Source: Amoeboradix gromovi X-113
Taxonomy: Eukaryota; Fungi; Sanchytriomycota
Direction: 5' to 3'
DNA: 12,610 nt
Assembly: GCA_018985225.1 (NCBI GenBank)
Contig: JADGIF010000258.1
Coordinates: 1-12,610, forward strand
The notes beneath the pieces were generated by a model. That model worked only from the letters and a program-made list of their open reading frames with translations. It was not told the DNA's origin and searched no databases. The position numbers and the translations under genes are program-made. Below, piece after piece: positions 7,150 to 12,610 of this stretch (position 1 is its first letter; each line of letters begins with the position of its first letter).

Positions 7150-8473
7150 ATGACTGGAATGAAGTTCAAAGTCAAAGACATCAACTTATGGGAATACGGA
7201 AGAAAGGAAATAGAAATTGCAGAGAATGAGATGCCTGGACTTATGGCAGTTCGAGTCAAATATGCTAAAGATCAGCCATTAAAGGGTGCTCGAATTGCTG
7301 GATGTTTGCACATGACAATCCAAACCGCTGTATTAATTGAAACATTAGTTGCATTAGGTGCCGAGGTTACTTGGTCATCATGTAACATTTATTCTACACA
7401 AGACCATGCCGCAGCTGCTATCGCTAAAACAGGGGTTCCTGTATTCGCATGGAAAGGCGAAACAGACGAGGAATACTTATGGTGTATTGAGCAATCTTTG
7501 TTATCGTTCAAGGATGGTAAGCCTTTAAACATGATTTTGGATGATGGCGGTGATTTAACTCATTTAGTTCACGACAAATATCCACAATTGATGAAGGACG
7601 TGCGCGGTATCTCTGAGGAAACGACGACGGGTGTTCATCATTTGTACAAGATGTTTAAGAAGGGTGAGTTAAGATGTCCAGCTATCAATGTCAATGATTC
7701 AGTAACTAAAAGCAAGTTCGATAACCTCTATGGATGTCGTGAATCTTTAATCGATGGAATAAAGAGGGCAACGGATGTCATGATTGCAGGCAAAACTTCT
7801 GTTGTTGCTGGATTTGGTGACGTAGGAAAAGGTTGCGCAATGGCATTAAGAGGTATGGGCTCTCGCGTTCTGATCTGTGAAATCGATCCTATTAATGCTT
7901 TGCAGGCTGCAATGGAGGGTTACAAAGTAACTACCATGGAAGAAGCATGCAAGGAAGCATCTATTGTTGTAACTACTACCGTACTTTTGCCTAATTTAGG
8001 GCTGCAGAGATATCATCACTGCCAAGCACTTTGAAGCACTTCAAGATGACTCAATCGTTTGCAACATTGGCCATTTTGATATTGAGATTGACGTGGCGTG
8101 GTTAAAAAAGAATGCAAAATCAGTATCTAACATTAAACCACAAGTCGATAGATATACTTTAAACAACGGTAAGCGTATTATATTATTAGCAGACGGCAGA
8201 TTAGTGAACTTGGGATGCGCTACTGGTCATCCTTCTTTTGTAATGTCCAACTCATTTTGCAATCAGGTTTTAGCTCAAATTGCATTATGGAACGCCAAAC
8301 CTGGTGAGTACGCCATCGGTGTGCATGTTCTACCAAAGTTGTTAGATGAAGAGGTGGCTAGATTGCATTTAGATAAGTTAGGAATGAAGTTGACTAAATT
8401 GACAGATGTGCAAGCAGAATATTTAGGAATTCCGCAACAAGGACCATACAAGCCAGATCATTACAGATATTAA
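7150..8473 (+). CDS. SAH1: S-adenosylhomocysteine hydrolase (exons 7150-7980, 8000-8473; 434 aa)
   Basis: [76 protein letters not shown], then after splicing TTTGCRDII...[43 protein letters not shown]. Joins track ORFs 7102..8034 and 8093..8473. Confidence 0.97.
7981..7999 (+). other. 19-nt spliceosomal intron in SAH1
   Basis: GTACTTTTGCCTAATTTAG; removal restores the conserved TTT-GCRDII exactly. Confidence 0.95.
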
Positions 8474-8510
8474 ATAAATGATTAAACTAAATACAATTTA
8501 TTATTTAGTA

Positions 8511-9333
8511 TTAAAACAACCACGAACCAACAAGGAAACTAAGCACCATTAATACGAGAACCATGCTCATTGGTATACCTTTTTGCTCTACTTGTTTATA
8601 TGATTTAGGGGTTTGTAATTTAGGAGATTTGGGACTAACAGGGCTTTTATTTTGATTAGCTAATTGCTGCTTGTAGTTCTCGAGTTGTAGCTGCAGATCT
8701 AGCACTAAGTTAGTTGTATATACGCTTGTCTTCGCTTATGTTGCCATCAGAATTCCTTTTAGTAGACTTTTCAGTTACAATTTTGGTAGGAGAATTTGAT
8801 TTTACTTCATTGGGAGCGTTGGCTCGAGAAACCACATTCGTAGATGGCTTCGCAACGGAAGAGGAGCCTGCAGTAGCTACGCTAGATGTTGTAGACACTG
8901 GAGTGACCAGGGAAATGGCTGGATTGGGTTTTATATTTTGGCTAGAAGGAGCAGTTGCTATTACAGCTGGATTCTTAGAGGATTGAGGAATTATCTCAGT
9001 AACTTGAGAAGGAGAGTTTTCCTCGTCTTTGAATTTGACTCGTAGTTTGTGCTCATGAGTAGCATTGTCATCCCATTGTTTGGATCTAGTAGACATTATT
9101 AAGAACTTATCCTTGGTACTAGAAGGAGGATGAAAGTCAATTTGAACATCTATACTACCTTTAGGAGCAATTTCACCATGGGCAGGTTTAACAGTATAGG
9201 ATTTAGGAGCAGTAGTTCTTATCTTGAACAAAACTATGGAATCATGAGGATTTGTAAGTGTTATGTTAGTTGCACATTCTACTGCAGAACTGCTAAATTC
9301 AAGATAATGTTCCTTCGAAATACTCAAGGACAT
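8511..9333 (-). CDS. SCS2: VAP/Scs2-family ER tail-anchored protein with MSP domain (exons 9333-8724, 8704-8511; 267 aa)
   Basis: MSP signature FKIRTTAPKSYTVKP and KDKFLIMS, an S/T/P-rich linker, a coiled coil (KLLDLQLQLENYKQQL) and a C-terminal TM (GIPMSMVLVLMVLSFLVGSWLF*) after removing intron 8705-8723. Confidence 0.9.
8705..8723 (-). other. 19-nt spliceosomal intron in VAP/Scs2
   Basis: GTATATACAACTAACTTAG with a canonical CTAAC branch site; joins the MSP exon to the TM-anchor exon in frame. Confidence 0.92.
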
Positions 9334-9453
9334 ATTTTTGTTTTCAAGGGGTCAAATTATAGAGATTATATTTATGATACTAGCGAACTTAGATTCTTGA
9401 ACCAAATTATAGATGTCCTGAGAGCCATATGTTAATTTTATTTAATTGCATGG

Positions 9454-10340
9454 TCATTTCCTTCTTTGGCGCTTTTGCTGTCGCTCCAATTCTTCCTCTC
9501 GCTCATCCTCCTGTTTACCATATCTCTGACTTTATTAATAGTAGAATACCTGCGAATCTCTTCTCTTTTTATATCAGCAGCTGTAGCTTCCATATCGTCA
9601 TCGTCATAGTCATCATATTGATACCTTCGATTTCCAAATAATTCCTGTATTACATCACTGTAGTTGATTTCACCCTCCACCTCATCATGTTCTGCATATG
9701 GTCTCTTACTCAACTTTGCTCTATTTTCATTGCTAGTCGATAAACTAGTCTGATTACCGATCCTTTGTCCAGAAACAACAGGAGCAGTGATCCTGGAAGG
9801 CCTATCTTTAAATTTGTAGTTGGGTATCACTTTTGTTCTTTTATTCTTCGGTAAAATTTTCAAGTCATTTGAATTCTTGTTATTCGACTTTTGAAAATCT
9901 TGGACTTTTTCAACTTTTATTTCGTCATCACTGTAATACTCGTAATCCTCTTCATCGTCCAGTTTTGTAGACTTTCCAACTTTGGGTTCTGGAAGTAAGT
10001 TTCCTAATTCCAACTGTCTGATTAATTCTTTTTTGTTTACTGTACTTTGAATAATTGGTTTATCAACCTTCTTACCATTCAGTGCCGCCCATAACTGTTT
10101 ATCTGTATTGCTCACAGATTTTTTTTTAGCAGAGGGCCTTTTCTTCGTGTTTCTACTATCGAAGTCATCTAATAAATTATTTTTAACCTTCCTTGACGTT
10201 GCTTGTGGATGTCCTAGAATTCTATTCTTGGGGGTTAAAGCAGTCTTTGAGTTTTTAAAATTCTCGGTAGCAGGTTTACTTTGATTTAGAGGCGCGAAAA
10301 GATCTTTAAGTCCATTTTTTAAATTTTTCAGCTCGGACAT
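9454..10340 (-). CDS. SPT2: SPT2 chromatin protein (exons 10340-9550, 9529-9454; 288 aa)
   Basis: K-rich low-complexity body, then YSDVIQELFG.RRY.YDDYDDDDMEATAADIKREEIR and, after splicing, SQRYGKQEDEREEELERQQKRQRRK*. This fits the SPT2 C-terminal DMEA...EExRSxRxGxxED motif. Confidence 0.82.
9530..9549 (-). other. 20-nt spliceosomal intron in SPT2 (AAG acceptor)
   Basis: GTATTCTACTATTAATAAAG; removal restores EEIR-SQRYGKQED. Confidence 0.8.
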
Positions 10341-10533
10341 GAATGAATTTTAGAATGTTTTAAAATATTTATTTTAATATCTCGTATATCATAGAAGTAA
10401 TTGAAAAAACCAGGACACTTAGGCTTGCAACCCCCAACAATTTTGGGACGATGTTTTCTGGTTTGGTCGACAAAAGTCTTTTTACATCTTCTCTCATTTA
10501 TTTTGTGTTTCACTATTTCAAATAGTAAAAATA

Positions 10534-11232
10534 TCATTTATTAGTATACACAGGCAGTAGACCTGGAAGATGCATAAGAACTTGCTCCTTTGACTCCACA
10601 GAGTCAGACTCTGGAACTTCTAACTTCTTTTCCACTTCGATTGGCTCAAGGGAATCTTCTGTTACAGAATCCAATCTTTTGCTTACAATGCCTCTAGGCT
10701 TTTCCAAAATTTTAAAAAGATCCTCGTATTTAGATAAAAAAGATTCTTTCGTTATTTCTCCTTCTTCGGCAGCACTATCAGTAATTACTGATTCGCTATC
10801 ACTGTCAGTTTGTATGACGTTGAAATCCTCTTCTTCTTTCTGCTGCTCTTTTATTTCTAATTTATTCATTTTCGAAGACAGGGACTGAACTGCATACAGT
10901 ATTATATATTTTTTTGTTTGAACACTTTCTATCAAGGTCTTCCATGCCATCTCAGAGCAGTTCAATGACTTGACGCAGCAGTAGTTGACTGCATCATCAA
11001 AAGAGCCGTAAACGTCTATAACATGTCCTACAACGCTTCTATCTTCCATTACTACAATAGCATCTTCATATACCGAGTCGTTAAGCTCTCCTTTAATTGT
11101 AAATATATTGTTAATTATACTCTCCAGCGCTCCTAGCTTATCTAGTTGATCTGTAGGTAATATTGAACTAAGGAACTTTGATTGCTGTTCCATAAGTTCG
11201 AAATCGTTTTTAGTATCTTCCACATCTGACAT
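10534..11232 (-). CDS. NAF1: NAF1/Gar1-domain H/ACA RNP assembly factor (divergent)
   Basis: LGALESIINNIFTI...YEDAIVVMEDRSVVGHVIDVYG...Y resembles the Gar1/Naf1 domain (LGxIxSI...EDRxxLGxVxEVFG) and is followed by an acidic tract. I prefer the start MSDVED (11232) to the track start at 11298. Confidence 0.65.
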   Translation of the reverse strand: MSDVEDTKNDFELMEQQSKFLSSILPTDQLDKLGALESIINNIFTIKGELNDSVYEDAIVVMEDRSVVGHVIDVYGSFDDAVNYCCVKSLNCSEMAWKTLIESVQTKKYIILYAVQSLSSKMNKLEIKEQQKEEEDFNVIQTDSDSESVITDSAAEEGEITKESFLSKYEDLFKILEKPRGIVSKRLDSVTEDSLEPIEVEKKLEVPESDSVESKEQVLMHLPGLLPVYTNK

Positions 11233-11377
11233 TCTTAAAAGTTTTATCCTTGAGCACAACTCCAGTAAATAATATCTGTGCCGCCTGAGATGATACATTT
11301 GCGTTAGTAAAAATCGCAGGACATTAAAGCAGTTATTAAAACTCTATTTACTAAAAAGTCAGAGCAATACTTCCATC

Positions 11378-12419
11378 TTACTTTAAGTATGGCACCAGTG
11401 AAAATACTTCTCCAATCTTAAAATGCTGTATTACAACATATTTAGTGATGCATTCCATAATGTACCATCGCAGCATCCCTTGCCTTACTTTTTGCCAATT
11501 TTTGGAGTTTGAGATATCGTTCAACATTGGACTATGCTCGAAGAACCTTCCGGTTTTGGTACTATTTATAAATTGGATAGCGTCAAAGTAGAAGTACACA
11601 TGATTCTGAAGATTAGTGAAATAATTTAGCTTTTCCTGGCAGTGTATATCTTTTGGAGTTAATTTAGAACTTACAAGCTGGGAGGATCCGAACAAATATG
11701 GCAAAATATAGTAGTCATCAACTCCCCATACACCGTGGCTACCTACTTTAATGAAAAATACCTGCAGGTTCCAAATTAAATGACACTATGATCTTACGGA
11801 CTAATTTTATATATCTGCCATATACAACTAGAATAAGCTGTCTTCCAAATTCCTTAGAAGAATTGTGTTTGTAGTGAATGCACAAGAAAGCTAGAAAATT
11901 TAATTCGTGGCCAGATCCAAAATCAAGCCGAAAACTACCAAAGGACTCATTGAAGTAGGAATTAGCCTCGACAGATAGAGGACCAATATCATAGATCAAG
12001 TTTCCAGAGTTTTCGGATATCCATGTATGAAATTTACGAACATTTGGATCCCCAAATCTTGTTGATGAAATTTTGTTATCTGACGTAAAGTTTTGAATTT
12101 CATTGTCTATGGCGTCTAACGCGCTGCTAAGATTCTCTATTTTTGAATCAACCTCGTTGGGTATGATTGTATCGGTTACAAGGTCCGTAAGTGAGAGTAA
12201 AGTTGTAAGTAAAAGTCCAAGACCTTTGCTTTTAATCCATATATCAACATCCTGAGGGGTTTCAATTTGCTTTGTTGGCATAGAGCTTCTACTAGGCAAA
12301 TTCCATTCATCTTTTATCTCGCCGTTATGCAAAAAATAGTTGTAGATCTCATCTGGTCGAAACATTGCTCCAATAATATAATTTATAAAATCTTTGGTAT
12401 CAGGTTTACAATAGACCAT
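11378..12419 (-). CDS. PTPA: PP2A phosphotyrosyl phosphatase activator PTPA (Rrd1/Rrd2 family; exons 12419-11762, 11742-11378)
   Basis: RFGDP, [50 protein letters not shown] (across the intron), FFEHSPMLNDIS, WQKVRQGMLRWY, VIQHF. The start codon is uncertain. Confidence 0.93.
11743..11761 (-). other. 19-nt spliceosomal intron in PTPA
   Basis: GTATTTTTCATTAAAGTAG; removal restores the conserved [11 protein letters not shown]. Confidence 0.95.
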
Positions 12420-12531
12420 TTGCAAACTCTATATCTCTGAGGTCTATTCGTAGCATTTCTAACAAGATAAACGATACAAATGGGCCGTGCTCCGTTTATA
12501 TGGCGTCTTGAAACATTATTTTTAGCGTATC

Positions 12532-12610
12532 ATGCAGGCTATAAAATGTGTGGTAGTTGGAGATGGAGCAGTTGGTAAAACTTGCTTACTGATTTCATAC
12601 ACGACGAATG
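12532..12610 (+). CDS. RAC1: Rac-family small GTPase, N-terminal part (3'-partial)
   Basis: MQAIKCVVVGDGAVGKTCLLISYTTN, the canonical Rac1 N-terminus with its P-loop. Not in the ORF track. Confidence 0.95.
   Translation, partial: MQAIKCVVVGDGAVGKTCLLISYTTN

Noticed and set aside
3939-10888. Track ORFs 3939..4121, 4319..4621, 5304..5618, 6127..6360, 8714..8986, 9130..9435, 9429..9641, 10328..10537 and 10679..10888
   Set aside because: Most overlap well-supported genes in another frame or strand; the rest are short with no recognisable domain.
12459-12477. 19-nt GTATCGTTTATCTTGTTAG (minus strand) as a sixth intron upstream of PTPA
   Set aside because: The length and ends fit, but it lacks the -8 T and -6 A seen in all five supported introns, and removal creates no ATG-initiated open frame. 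It could still be a UTR intron but is unsupported.

Overview
AT-rich, gene-dense eukaryotic genomic DNA in the standard genetic code. Gene content suggests an early-diverging, probably zoosporic fungus or relative; this is inference. Host genes in order: Rac GTPase 3' end, EFCAB9-like EF-hand protein, sterol O-acyltransferase (ARE), a short E3-binding-domain protein, SAH1, VAP/Scs2, SPT2, NAF1-like, PTPA and a Rac GTPase 5' end. Two things stand out. (1) All five introns I could reconstruct are only 19-20 nt long (GTA...AG) with an invariant A six bases from the 3' end. (2) A decayed NTPase/restriction-endonuclease-fold (Crinkler-like) gene at ~1000-3544 (-) is split by a ~590-bp insertion at ~1615-2200. 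The insertion looks like an internally deleted IS607-type Fanzor2/TnpB transposon. It keeps both ends, a broken 3' part of the nuclease gene and a well-folded ~110-nt candidate omega-RNA scaffold, whose predicted guide would come from the interrupted host gene. The window also starts with the end of a Rac gene and ends with the start of one on the same strand. All assignments come from manual translation and motif recognition; no searches were run.
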